Shown here: positions 1 through 9,490 of the stretch, in pieces
How the letters are laid out: the number at the start of each line of letters is the position of its first letter
Position numbering within the stretch: the stretch's first letter is position 1
Assembly (NCBI RefSeq): GCF_000009705.1
Contig: NC_003276.1
Span: forward strand, 330,001 to 362,000
Direction of reading: 5' to 3'
Source of the DNA: Nostoc sp. PCC 7120 = FACHB-418
GTDB lineage: Bacteria; Cyanobacteriota; Cyanobacteriia; Cyanobacteriales; Nostocaceae
Length of the DNA: 32,000 nucleotides
Position numbers and translations under genes: made by a program
The notes under the pieces: model-generated
Told to the model about the DNA's origin: nothing
Databases searched by the model: none
What the model saw: the letters and a program-made list of their open reading frames with translations, nothing else

Positions 1-1593
1 TATGGTGGTGCTGGGAACGACTCCTTAGACGGTGGTATTGGCAATGACTCCTTGAATGGTGAAGATGGCAATGACAACCTCAAAGGCGATGTAGGAAACG
101 ATATCCTCAATGGCAATGCTGGCAATGATACTTTAGATGGCGGTCTTGGCGACGATGTAATGACAGGCGGTGCTGGCAATGATATTTACTTTGTTGATAG
201 CAGCAATGACACAATCATAGAAGAACTCAATGAAGGAACTGACACTGTTAATGCCAGCATAAACTGGACATTAGGCAATAACCTAGAAAATCTCACTCTC
301 ACAGGCAGCAATGGGATTAATGGTACTGGTAATGCGCTGAAAAATATTATCACAGGGAACAATGGTGATAATATCCTGTCTGGTGGTGATAACGATGACA
401 CTCTCCGAGGCAATGCCGGGAACGATACTCTTTTTGGAGGTTCTGGGAATGACTCCCTCAGTGGCGGTATTGGCGATGATATCCTCAATGGCGCAGATGG
501 CAATGATAACCTCAAGGGAGAAGCTGGCAATGATACGCTGGATGGAGGTGCTGGTAACGATTCCTTAGATGGTGGACTTGGTGACGATGTAATGACAGGT
601 GGCGCTGGTAATGATACTTACTTCGTTGATAGCAGCAATGACACAATCGCAGAAGAAACTGATGGGGGAAGTGATACTGTTAATGCTAGTGTGAGTTGGA
701 CATTAGATGATAATTTAGAAAATCTCACTCTCACAGGCAGCAATGCTATTAATGGGACTGGTAATGCGCTGAGAAATACCATCACAGGTAACAGTGCTGA
801 TAATATCCTGTCTGGTGGTGATAACGATGACACTCTCAGAGGAAATGCTGGCAACGATATTCTCAATGGAGGTGCTGGTAACGATTCCTTAGATGGTGGA
901 CTTGGTGACGATGTAATGACAGGTGGCGCTAGTAATGATACTTATTTCGTTGATAGCAGCAATGACACCATCATAGAAGAAGCTGATGGGGGAACTGATA
1001 CTGTTCGTGCCAGTATTACGCTAACTTTAGGCGACCACTTAGAAAATCTCATCTTGATCGGTAATAGCCCAATTGATGGTACTGGTAATGCTTTAAGAAA
1101 TAATATTACTGGTAATGTCGCAAACAACATCTTATCTGGTGGTGCTGATAATGACACCATAATCAGTGGAGATGGAGATGATACGCTTTATGGCGATAGT
1201 GGTAATGATACTTTAACTGGCGGGAACGGCAACGATATACTCGTGGGTGGTATGGGTAGTGATCGCTTGACTGGCGGTAATGGTAAAGATACTTTTGCTT
1301 TCTCTGCTCCAATTACCGATGGCATCGACACGATTACAGACTTTAATCCCCTTGACGATCTCCTTCGTGTTGACGCTGCTGGATTTGGTGGTGGGCTTGT
1401 AGCTGGTACTCTGCTTGCAAGTCAGTTTGTTTTGGGTACAGCAGCCAAGACTACAAGCGATCGCTTTATTTATAATCAATCCACAGGTGCGTTATTCTTT
1501 GATGTTGACGGCACAGGTTCTAGCAGTCAAGTTCAGATTGCTACTCTATCGAATAAACCTGTGATTAATGCGACGAATATCTCGGTAATTTAA
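1..1593 (+). CDS. RTX (hemolysin-type) calcium-binding repeat exoprotein, 5'-partial (runs off the left edge)
   Basis: Frame 1 is open from base 1 (YGGAGNDSLDGGIGNDSLNG...), so the ATG at 52 is internal. There are dozens of GGxGxD / GNDxL nonapeptide repeats. A larger module (GGLGDDVMTGGAGNDxYFVDSSNDTIxEE..GxDTVxAS..WTL..NLENLTLTG) occurs three times. The non-repeat C-terminal ~110 aa (DTITDFNPLDD...FIYNQSTGALFFDVDGTG) is typical of type I secretion substrates. Confidence 0.85.
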   Translation, partial: YGGAGNDSLDGGIGNDSLNGEDGNDNLKGDVGNDILNGNAGNDTLDGGLGDDVMTGGAGNDIYFVDSSNDTIIEELNEGTDTVNASINWTLGNNLENLTLTGSNGINGTGNALKNIITGNNGDNILSGGDNDDTLRGNAGNDTLFGGSGNDSLSGGIGDDILNGADGNDNLKGEAGNDTLDGGAGNDSLDGGLGDDVMTGGAGNDTYFVDSSNDTIAEETDGGSDTVNASVSWTLDDNLENLTLTGSNAINGTGNALRNTITGNSADNILSGGDNDDTLRGNAGNDILNGGAGNDSLDGGLGDDVMTGGASNDTYFVDSSNDTIIEEADGGTDTVRASITLTLGDHLENLILIGNSPIDGTGNALRNNITGNVANNILSGGADNDTIISGDGDDTLYGDSGNDTLTGGNGNDILVGGMGSDRLTGGNGKDTFAFSAPITDGIDTITDFNPLDDLLRVDAAGFGGGLVAGTLLASQFVLGTAAKTTSDRFIYNQSTGALFFDVDGTGSSSQVQIATLSNKPVINATNISVI

Positions 1594-1626
1594 TCACTGA
1601 ATTAACGGAATTTATGTTTAAGACTG

Positions 1627-1664
1627 TTTTGCCCTTAGCCAAGAAGCAAGGGCAAAATTTATTT
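1627..1664 (+). terminator. Rho-independent terminator candidate after the RTX gene
   Basis: A 10-bp stem TTTTGCCCTT / AAGGGCAAAA (1627-1636 / 1648-1657) with an 11-nt loop, followed by TTTATTTAT. It lies 34 nt after the stop codon. Confidence 0.6.
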
Positions 1665-1698
1665 ATATTCAATTCACAATTTTTGCTTTTAAATTACC

Positions 1699-1834
1699 TA
1701 AACTTTATACTCTAGAATTTACTTAAGCACTTCATTACAGTTTCAAAGATAAGTGCAGTTTCTTGATAGCTTCTTGAATCTAATTTCATTAATTTCATCA
1801 TCGTAGTAACAGTTTAGATGATTGATATTAGAGA
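1699..1834. repeat. Copy A of a ~135-bp dispersed non-coding repeat (copy B at 26665-26800)
   Basis: Hand alignment gives roughly 80 percent identity. Perfect blocks are shared: TTCTTGATAGCTTCTT and GTAGTAACAGTTTAGATGATTGATATT. Confidence 0.7.
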
Positions 1835-1882
1835 TTAGGTTTAGCTTAATCCACTTATATTATCTATGGGATTAATATTTTT

Positions 1883-3298
1883 GGTTCTTCCGGTAGTTTT
1901 ATGGTGTTTATTAGAATTGACTTGATTTTAATAACTTATAATTTAGTGATATCAATGCCTATAAGATAGATTACATAGGCATTTAGTAAATATCAAGCAT
2001 AGTTAAAGAACTCTAAAATTATCATCTATATTATAATATAGTAAAGTTTTAGGCGATCGCTATGAAGTTTCCAGTAGAACAAATCCTGAATCTTCCCGAT
2101 ATGAAAGTATTAGATTTTCAAGAACTTGAAGGTGAAGAAATAATTATAACGATAGAAAAAAGTGTGAACTATTCGACTTGTCCTTGGTGTGGTCAAATGA
2201 CTCACAGTATACATCAAAATCACTGGCGAATAATTCATGATTTACCGTGGAATAAAAAACCAGTGTTATTAAAAATAAATCGTCGGCAATTTAAATGTCA
2301 TAAGTGTAAAAAAGTATTTAGCGAACAACTAGACTTTGTAGATAAAAGTAAAGGATATACTAAAAGATTAGCGACCGACATAGTTCAACAAGTATTAAAT
2401 AGTAATATCCGGAGTGTTGCCCAAAGAAATGGATTAAGTGATGAAGAAGTAGAATCAATGTTAAAAAAGCAAGTCTCGCACATATTAAACATTAACCTAA
2501 GTCAGGTAAAAAAGTTAGGTATAGATGAAATAGCTTTAGTTAAAGGAAAAGGAAACTACTTAGCAATATTAGTGGATTTAGATAGTCATAAACCAATTGA
2601 GATAGTGCAATCAAGACGAATAGAAGATATTCGTGAAGTACTTGTCAGTTGGGGAGTTGAGATACTTAATCAAATTGAAGAAGTGAGCATTGACCTCTGG
2701 TTGCCTTATAAAAATTTAGTAGAAGAGTTAATGCCAAATGCTAATATAACTGCTGATAGATTTCATGTAATGAAACAAGTAAATGACGAATTAGATACTA
2801 TGCGTAAAGCTGAAAAGAAAGCAGCTATATCGCTAGATAATAAATCAGAAAAAGAGCGAATATTAGAGGCATTGAATAAGAGTAAATATGCGATTATTAA
2901 AAATGAAGACTCTCTAAATGAAAAGCAAAGAGAAAAATTAAAATCTGTGCAAGAGGTGTCGCCAAATCTCGCCAAAATGCACTCACTTAAAGAACAATTT
3001 CGAGATATATTTGAAACAACTAAATCCTGGGGAGATAGTATAATAAAACTATTGGATTGGATGTATGATGCACTTTCATATTTCCCGAAAAGTATAGGTA
3101 CAATAGTTAGATGGTTTGGTGAAATAGTCGGTTATTTTGACGGAAGAACCACAAGTGGTGCTGTAGAAGGAATTAATAATAAACTCAAGTTAATTAAAAG
3201 ACTTGGATATGGCTTTCGTAACTTTACCAATTTCAGATTACGCAGTTTGTTAAACTGGCATTTTACTATTAATTCTCCATAAAATTAACTGAAGAACC
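1883..3298 (+). mobile_element. ISL3-family insertion sequence (~1.4 kb)
   Basis: Terminal inverted repeats are GGTTCTTCCGGTAGTTTTATGG (1883-1904) and the reverse complement of 3277-3298, GGTTCTTCAGTTAATTTTATGG (19/22 match). The GGxTCTTC start is typical of ISL3. They enclose a single transposase ORF. I could not identify a clean 8-bp target duplication. Confidence 0.8.
2062..3282 (+). CDS. ISL3 family transposase
   Basis: N-terminal zinc-finger region (CPWCG...H...FKCHKCKKVF). DDE-ISL3 motifs LGIDEIALVKGKGNYLAILVDL, SIDLWLPYKN and ADRFHVMKQVNDELD. Characteristic C-terminus GINNKLKLIKRLGYGFRNFTNFRLR. Confidence 0.9.
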   Translation: MKFPVEQILNLPDMKVLDFQELEGEEIIITIEKSVNYSTCPWCGQMTHSIHQNHWRIIHDLPWNKKPVLLKINRRQFKCHKCKKVFSEQLDFVDKSKGYTKRLATDIVQQVLNSNIRSVAQRNGLSDEEVESMLKKQVSHILNINLSQVKKLGIDEIALVKGKGNYLAILVDLDSHKPIEIVQSRRIEDIREVLVSWGVEILNQIEEVSIDLWLPYKNLVEELMPNANITADRFHVMKQVNDELDTMRKAEKKAAISLDNKSEKERILEALNKSKYAIIKNEDSLNEKQREKLKSVQEVSPNLAKMHSLKEQFRDIFETTKSWGDSIIKLLDWMYDALSYFPKSIGTIVRWFGEIVGYFDGRTTSGAVEGINNKLKLIKRLGYGFRNFTNFRLRSLLNWHFTINSP

Positions 3299-4191
3299 AA
3301 AATTTTTAACTGACTCGTTTAAATCAAGAGTCGCACTTATATTTTTTGCCATAAAAGGTAGACGTTAAAAGCCTAGAAAGATTACTTAATCGGAATCCTA
3401 CCTTGTTTTTGACCCTCATCAATTTTTGCACACATCACCACACTTTAAATTGATTCACTATTTATGTATTAATACGGCTATTGATGTGATTAATATTTTT
3501 TAGTACTGAAGAAAGTTGTTAGCGATCGCTTGATTTTGATCCGACTTCACAAAATCGCGTTGCTCCCACCCGGAACTTAGAGGCAAGGGTGGGTGTTGGG
3601 CGATTGTCAGCGCAGTGAATGACTTTAGTTGGTGCGATTCGTTGATTAGTGAATCCCGGTAATCAGTCCGTAAATAACTAATCCAGCCCGACAGCAGGTC
3701 ACTGAAATTAGGGCTGAACTCTCGGTTTGATGTAGGTGAAAGCCCTACCATTCAGACTCAGAATTGACTCCTTATCTGCCCATACCGAACAAGCTCGGTT
3801 CTTGTAGAGTAAAGCTGGGAACAGGGCGCAATCAGACAACAGTTGCGGGTTGACACTGGTGCTAATAGGGAGTTCCTATGGTGAAATCGGGTCTAGAAAA
3901 GCAACTTAAGTCGGAGCAGGGCGTAACACAAAATCCCTGACTTCACTGGAGAATTAATTCCCGCCGTATTATCAGCTGAACAACGGTAAGAGTCAAGGGA
4001 ATCCAGTAGTTGAAGTGATCACGCCTAACGGAACAATCAATCTCTCCGAGGGAACGAATAAAAACGAGTTGTGGGTCTAGGGGCTTTCGTTCCCCAAGTA
4101 GCCCAGACGAGAGGAGAAATCCCCACAATTCGGGTAGGACAGACCGTAGTTGGTCTGAGGTGTTCAGAATACACAAACTCTAGAAGAGAAA

Positions 4192-5419
4192 ATGATTAGG
4201 CACAGTAGACATACTAGTGAATCTTGGAGAGCTTTACCGTGGAAGAAATTCCGCCGTAACCTTTTCCGCCTTCAAAAGCGCGTGTACAAAGCGGTTCTTG
4301 TTGGAGACAAGCGGAAAGCTAGGTCACTTCAAAAGCTTATTCTTAAATCCACCTCGGCTCGATTCCTGGCAATAAGACAAGTATCTCAGCTAAATGCTGG
4401 CAAAAAGACGGCAGGTATTGATGGCAAAAAATCCCTCTCATTTGAAGAACGCTTCAACCTTGAAGAACTACTGAGAATGAACAGTGGAAATTGGAAGCAT
4501 CAAGGACTACGGGAAATCCCCATCCCCAAAAAGGACGGGACTACCAGAATTCCCCGAACAGGGTACACCTCAAGGGGGAGTGGTTAGCCCAATATTAGCG
4601 AACATCGCACTCAACGGGATTGAAAGTATTCACCGATCCAAAGCCAAAGGGCAAATCATTGAGCCATCAGTCCGATACGCTGACGATATGGTAATTATAC
4701 TAAAACCCAAAGATAACGCGATAGAGATACTTGAAAGAATCAGCGAGTTTCTCCGCAAACGCGGAATGCAAGTAAGCCAAAAGAAGACCAAAATCACCGC
4801 CGCGACAGATGGGTTTGATTTCCTCGGCTGGCACTTTAAAGTCCAGAAAAACGGCAAGTTTAAAAGCACCCCTTCAGTGGACAACTTCAAAGCTTTCCGT
4901 AAGAAAGTAAAACACATCGTCAACAACTCGAATTATGGTTCTATAGTCAAAGCCCAAAAGCTTTCCCCAATAGTTAGAGGCTGGAGGAACTACCACAAGT
5001 TCTGTAAGATGGATGGGTCAAAGCATTCCCTTTGGTTCCTAAACCATAGAACCTACACGGTATTCACAAAGGAATCAAAACATACACGCCAATCTAGCGA
5101 AAAGCTAATTAAAAAGGCGTTCCCATTAGTTCCTAACTCCGAAAACAAACACGTTATGGTTCAAGGAATAAAATCCCCCTATGACGGAAACCTGACCTGC
5201 TGGAGCAAGCGTAACAGTAAGCTTTACGATGGTCACACCTCTAAAGCTCTCACAAAGCAAAACCATAAATGTGCATCCTGTGGTCTGAAGTTCATCGGTG
5301 AAGAACGGGTTCACCTACATCACCGAGACGGAAATCATGACAACTGGAAACCAAATAATCTTGAAGCATTACATGAGTCATGCCACGATTATCGGCATAT
5401 GAGCAAAACCGAAAGGTAA
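4192..5419 (+). pseudogene. Group II intron reverse transcriptase/maturase/HNH protein, disrupted by an internal deletion plus frameshift
   Basis: The N-terminus WRALPWKKFRRNLFRLQKRVYKA...GIDGKK...IPKKDGTTR (RT domains 0-1) is in one frame (4192-4587). The sequence then resumes in another frame (4484-5419) at GTPQGGVVSPILANIALNG and VRYADDMVII (RT domains 4-5). About 120-140 aa normally between these (PLGIP..., SYGFRP...) is missing. The maturase region and the HNH motif (CASCG...HLHHRDGNHDNWKPNNLEALHESCH) are present. Confidence 0.8.
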
Positions 5420-5428
5420 GAACATCGG

Positions 5429-5462
5429 GAGCCGTGTGCAGCGAAAGTTGCACGCACGGATC
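5429..5462 (+). ncRNA. Group II intron domain V
   Basis: GAGCCGTGTGCAGCGAAAGTTGCACGCACGGATC is 34 nt and has the AGC triad, a GAAA tetraloop and the 2-nt AC bulge. All pairs are canonical except G3 opposite A32, where the consensus is a G-U wobble. Confidence 0.8.
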
Positions 5463-5693
5463 TAACAGAGAGGGACGGGGAATAATATCCCCTCTCGACT
5501 CTAACCTACGGTGAAGATGTGGGATGGCGAATACGCCGTTGGGTTACAACACCTAAAGTCTTACGATTAATCGCCTGCTGAATGTGAGCAGGACTTTGGA
5601 CAAAAAGAAGTCCAAATATGTATCTGCTGGAATGACAATACACGAACTACTTTTCCCTTTTTACGGAATGTTAAAAGTAAGGTCGAATTCACG

Positions 5694-6458
5694 TTAGATA
5701 AGCAGTTTTGTAGACATTTTTTCCAGTTTAATTACTTTAAGTAGATTTTTCCAGTCTTCAGCCACCCCTAAATCCTGGGAACCTGTAAGGAGCAGTTCTG
5801 CTAGCGTTGTCAAAGCATCGTACCAAATACCGTTTTTTGCGTAGATGGAGGCTTGTTCCTGTGGTAACAATTGTTTAAATTCATCACGTAATGCGGCATC
5901 CAAATTCACACGTTGCACCCAGCCTTCTACATAATCCAATGTCGCTGATTGGTTAGGGTTACATACAACTCTAACTTTGAAGAACCAGTGATATGGCTTG
6001 TTAGTTTCTAGGAAAGCCGTAGTCTTTTGTAGTTGCACTCGAACAATTCCAGGTACTGGGGGTACTGAAATATCTGCGCGATGGATTGTTTTATTTTGAT
6101 CGGTTTGTAAAACAAATTCGATCGCCTGAATGGAAGATTGATTATAGGGAACATAGAACCAAAAGCTGGGCTGTTCTACACTAGTTAAGCCCCACACCTG
6201 AGTAATTGTGGTTTCTCCTGCACCCTGATTCAAGCGTTGTTCATAGCTTGGAACAAGAGCGGTTAAAGGCAAATCCAGTGCAGTACAATCTCCTCGTGAG
6301 GCTCCTTCGCCTCGGTTCCCTGGTAAACCGCGATCGGGTGGTGGCGGTGGTGGGTTAAAGCGAATTGGTGCCGATTTTTGGGATAAGGCTGGCGAAGTGC
6401 TAAAACAGTTGATCAAAATTACACTGAATGCAATTAGTGAAGCTAGTCGCTGAAGCAT
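5694..6458 (-). CDS. Secreted DUF928-like protein
   Basis: Signal peptide MLQRLASLIAFSVILINCFSTSPALSQ, then PPPPPPDRGLPGNRGEGASRGDC, LTALVP, PSFWFYVPY and YHWFFKV..VC motifs that I recognise as the cyanobacterial DUF928 family. It lies 104 nt downstream of, and co-oriented with, the CHAT-CHASE2 gene. Confidence 0.7.
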   Translation of the reverse strand: MLQRLASLIAFSVILINCFSTSPALSQKSAPIRFNPPPPPPDRGLPGNRGEGASRGDCTALDLPLTALVPSYEQRLNQGAGETTITQVWGLTSVEQPSFWFYVPYNQSSIQAIEFVLQTDQNKTIHRADISVPPVPGIVRVQLQKTTAFLETNKPYHWFFKVRVVCNPNQSATLDYVEGWVQRVNLDAALRDEFKQLLPQEQASIYAKNGIWYDALTTLAELLLTGSQDLGVAEDWKNLLKVIKLEKMSTKLLI

Positions 6459-6562
6459 AATTTTTAATACTCGCCAAAGGCGAGAAACAAGCTACGTAAT
6501 TTGTAATTAACAAGCGTTTAAAGTCATCTCTATTTTTTAGTAATCACAAAAATATGTGTAGT

Positions 6563-8908
6563 TTACGCAGAGCGGGGAAAATATCTCGTAAAGTAGGCAA
6601 TTAGGATAATACTACTAATGAGGGCGATCGCAGAGGGAATCAGTGGTATCCAAGTGCTGTACTGAATTAAAACAACAAAGCATATTCCGTAGAGGCTGGC
6701 GATCGCGATTGAAGTTACTATTCCTAAATAGAACAATGGCCGAATGTACCAAGCCAGTAAACTCCCTGTTAACGACCATCCCCAAATCCAAATTGTTTCT
6801 TGCCAAACAGACCAAGCCCAGATGAGCGATCGTCCATCGAGGGCTGCACTTAACAATTGACTAATCATTTGCGCTTGCAGAATAACACCTGGTATTTTCT
6901 CGATCGCACCTTGATTTGTGATATTGGGTGTAAATGAGTAATCTTCAAAGCTTTCGGCTGTTGTACCAATCAGAACAATTTTGTTTTTGACTGTATTAGC
7001 ATTTATTTTTCCTGTGAGTACTTCTGTTAACGATACCTGCGGCACAAATTCCTGTAGCGATCGCTCTTTACGATAATTCAACAAAATTTGGTGTCCTGAA
7101 GCATCGATGCCTTGATATCCACTAGTGTGTGCTGTTAGTGGTTTAAAAGCTGTCTTGCCGAGTTTCCAAGCACCATCATTGGTAAATTTTAGAGAAATAT
7201 TGTGAGCAGCCAAGTAACGCAGTGCTACTTGTACGCTGAAAGCATATTGGGCTTTGCAAGGTGAAGAGGGCGGCGGTGTTAATGCTAATAAATGGCGACG
7301 GACAATGTTATCTGAGTCGATTACTAAATCACTAAAGCCTAAGCGTTCTGGTGTTATTTCCGGCGGGGGTTTGATGCCGGGATGCTCAGATTGGGCATCG
7401 CTAACTCGACAGACTGCACTTAGATGTTTACTGTTATATAGATGCTTTGCCAATTCTGGTAACTCTGGCTTAACAGGGCGATCACGGTAAATATCTAATC
7501 CTATTGATTGTGGTTGATATGCCTCTAATTTTTTCAACAATTTCAACAGTGATTCATCTGAGAGAGAACCCTGGGGTTTTTCTTGAGACTGTGATTGCAC
7601 ATCTTCTTCGGTGATCGTCACAACCAACAAGCGAGAATCAGGCTGTTCATCTGGGCGTAGTTGCTGCAAGCGATCGAACGCTTGTAACTCCAATCCTTGC
7701 AGCATTCCTACGTATCTTACACCTATGACAAAAAGGGCGATCGCCAAACTCGCGCAACCAAGCCAAAGAAAATGAGGGACAGACAAACTCTTCCCGTAGG
7801 CCCCTTTGCTCTTTTGCCCCTCCATCTCTTTACCTATCAACTCCTGCCAACTAGCTGGTATCTCTGCGAGATTTTGATAAATCACAGGTAGCCAACTTGC
7901 ACAGGGAAATTGTCCATCCAATCCTTGCAGTCTTTCTCTAGCTTCGCGGACTGCTAGATAAAGCGATTTGCCTCCAGCGTATGCTTGCAAAAAATGCTTG
8001 AGAAATGTTTGCGCCACCCGGTCTGGAACAGGTTCGCGCATGACAATCAACTGGGGAATCTGTAAAGAAGCAAATTCTCGCGCCAGTCCTAAACCATCAC
8101 ATGAATTAAAAATTGCTAACTTTAAACCGCGCTCAACTGCTTGCCTGAGAGCATACTTTAACTGACTAATTGTCAAACTTTCTGTTTGGTTAATGTAGAT
8201 TTGACCTGTTTCTCCTGTACTTTGGCTTGAACTATGTCCAGCAAAAAATAGAATATCCCAATTTTGCTGCCAGAGATTATCTGTTAAGTCTTCACAAGAT
8301 GGTTCTACAAGAAAGTGAATTTTTGTATTAGGCAGTTGTTCTAGAAGTAAACGGTCTGTGCCTATATTGATTCCATGACTATCACCTAATAATGCCAAAA
8401 TTTTCACAGTTGCAGTTGATATTGGGGAAAATTCGACTTTTTCATAAATAGGCGTACTTAAGGCGATTTCTGCATTTGGATAACGTTCTATTAACTCCCA
8501 AAGATGCCAAGGGAGTTTTTGAAGTTGATAGTCTTGAGTTTGCAAGATTACCCGAATTATGTCAGATGTTTGAAGCTTTTCGAGCCATTTTTCGCGGATC
8601 GGGCGGAAAGATTCTGATTGTAACCAATAGTTAAAGCAGTCGCGTAATTGTTGAGCTGCTTCAAGACACTGTTGCTCATTTGCAATTAACAGCTTTTGTT
8701 TTGTTAGCCCTTTAGGACGAGCGGCAAAATCTAAGCTACGATAAATCGATTGCCAACAATTAAAATTTAACGGTAATTCTTTCTCTGGCGGAAGTTCGCC
8801 GATAACTTCACTTTCAGGGCGACTATTTTCTTCTCCAATCTGGAGAGTAACTGGAAACCCAGTCTCAAAGCTCCCTTTGCCAAATTTCAAAACTATCAAT
8901 TTAGTCAC
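6563..8908 (-). CDS. CHAT (caspase-fold) domain fused to a CHASE2 membrane sensor
   Basis: GTG start preceded by GGAG. The N-terminal ~370 aa carry a CHAT His/Cys dyad context (DILFFAGHSS ... LAIFNSCDGLGLA). A TM helix follows near residues 385-405 (HFLWLGCASLAIALFVIGV). Next is a ~300-aa CHASE2-like region (LELQAFDRLQQLRP, LLVVTITEEDV, GLDIYRD, DSDNIVRR). Three C-terminal TM helices close the protein, with no C-terminal output domain. Confidence 0.8.
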   Translation of the reverse strand: MTKLIVLKFGKGSFETGFPVTLQIGEENSRPESEVIGELPPEKELPLNFNCWQSIYRSLDFAARPKGLTKQKLLIANEQQCLEAAQQLRDCFNYWLQSESFRPIREKWLEKLQTSDIIRVILQTQDYQLQKLPWHLWELIERYPNAEIALSTPIYEKVEFSPISTATVKILALLGDSHGINIGTDRLLLEQLPNTKIHFLVEPSCEDLTDNLWQQNWDILFFAGHSSSQSTGETGQIYINQTESLTISQLKYALRQAVERGLKLAIFNSCDGLGLAREFASLQIPQLIVMREPVPDRVAQTFLKHFLQAYAGGKSLYLAVREARERLQGLDGQFPCASWLPVIYQNLAEIPASWQELIGKEMEGQKSKGAYGKSLSVPHFLWLGCASLAIALFVIGVRYVGMLQGLELQAFDRLQQLRPDEQPDSRLLVVTITEEDVQSQSQEKPQGSLSDESLLKLLKKLEAYQPQSIGLDIYRDRPVKPELPELAKHLYNSKHLSAVCRVSDAQSEHPGIKPPPEITPERLGFSDLVIDSDNIVRRHLLALTPPPSSPCKAQYAFSVQVALRYLAAHNISLKFTNDGAWKLGKTAFKPLTAHTSGYQGIDASGHQILLNYRKERSLQEFVPQVSLTEVLTGKINANTVKNKIVLIGTTAESFEDYSFTPNITNQGAIEKIPGVILQAQMISQLLSAALDGRSLIWAWSVWQETIWIWGWSLTGSLLAWYIRPLFYLGIVTSIAIASLYGICFVVLIQYSTWIPLIPSAIALISSIILIAYFTRYFPRSA

Positions 8909-9490
8909 GTCGCTTCACTCCGAATTAAAAATCTCCATTGATAAATTTAGTTGTTCAGTATCCTTTTATTTTGCAGTCAGAATAAAAATTATCTTTCAAC
9001 AATTGTAGATAGACCGTTATTAGATATCATCTACAGTTCTCTTATTTATGCTGTCAATATCGAGATTTTAGTTTGCAAGTTGTTTGAAAAGTGCTGGCTG
9101 ATGTGTCAAAAATTTAGATCCGTCATTATCTTCCTTAAAAAGGAGGACTTTGATTTATTTCCCCCTTTTTTTAAGGCTAGGGAGGATTTAAGATTTTGGA
9201 AACACGCCCTACCTCTGTTTTTGAAGCTACGGCGATGTACACAAGTCCTTTAATGCATTGACCTGCAACTCACGTTATGTTAGGCAATAAGTATAAAAGA
9301 TTAAGGCGTTGCTGAGTATAGAAATATGAATTTGTATCATGCAGAGTCGCAGAGACTAAGAGTTGAGAAGAATTAAATTTTAAATTTCAAATTCAGCAAT
9401 GCCAAAGATAAGTTTGGTCAATTTCAGGAAAATGTCACTCAAGGAGAGTAGTTTAAATTTATTCGCTGTTTATATAAAAATTAAAGTCTC

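Larger units (their letters stand above)
3642..5505 (+). mobile_element. Bacterial group II intron (ends approximate) with a degenerate intron-encoded protein
   Basis: GTGCG at 3642-3646, followed by ~550 nt without credible coding before the RT ORF, as expected for domains I-III. A canonical domain V lies 10 nt after the ORF stop. A domain VI-like helix (5468-5474 / 5490-5496) with an unpaired A near 5498 sits 7 nt before ...CTAAC at 5505. Confidence 0.65.

Noticed and set aside
186-1479. Antisense and alternate-frame ORFs inside the RTX gene (186-530, 362-568, 618-866, 942-1160, 1213-1479)
   Set aside because: They are by-products of the repetitive GGxGxD coding sequence, whose GAT/GGT/AAT-rich codons leave other frames open. 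Their products are low-complexity S/P/L-rich strings with no start context. The sense frame has an unmistakable family signature.
3500-4176. Minus-strand ORFs 3500-3751 and 3943-4176
   Set aside because: They lie in, or overlap, the structured 5' ribozyme portion (domains I-III) of the group II intron. They have no motifs and no ribosome-binding sites.
4547-4552. EcoRI site (GAATTC) exactly at the RT deletion/frameshift junction, which could hint at an engineered deletion
   Set aside because: A single 6-bp site is expected several times by chance in 32 kb of AT-rich DNA. Nothing else suggests manipulation.
9120-9190. Imperfect palindrome CCTTAAAAAGG...CCTTTTTTTAAGG in the divergent promoter region, considered as an operator or MITE end
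   Set aside because: It is a short, A/T-run-based, imperfect match that I cannot distinguish from chance in AT-rich DNA. There is no second copy in the window.
8951-9253. 100-aa ORF in the divergent region between the CHAT-CHASE2 and sigma-like genes
   Set aside because: It has very AT-rich, low-complexity codon content and no recognisable motif or Shine-Dalgarno sequence. The region is better explained as a shared promoter/regulatory region.
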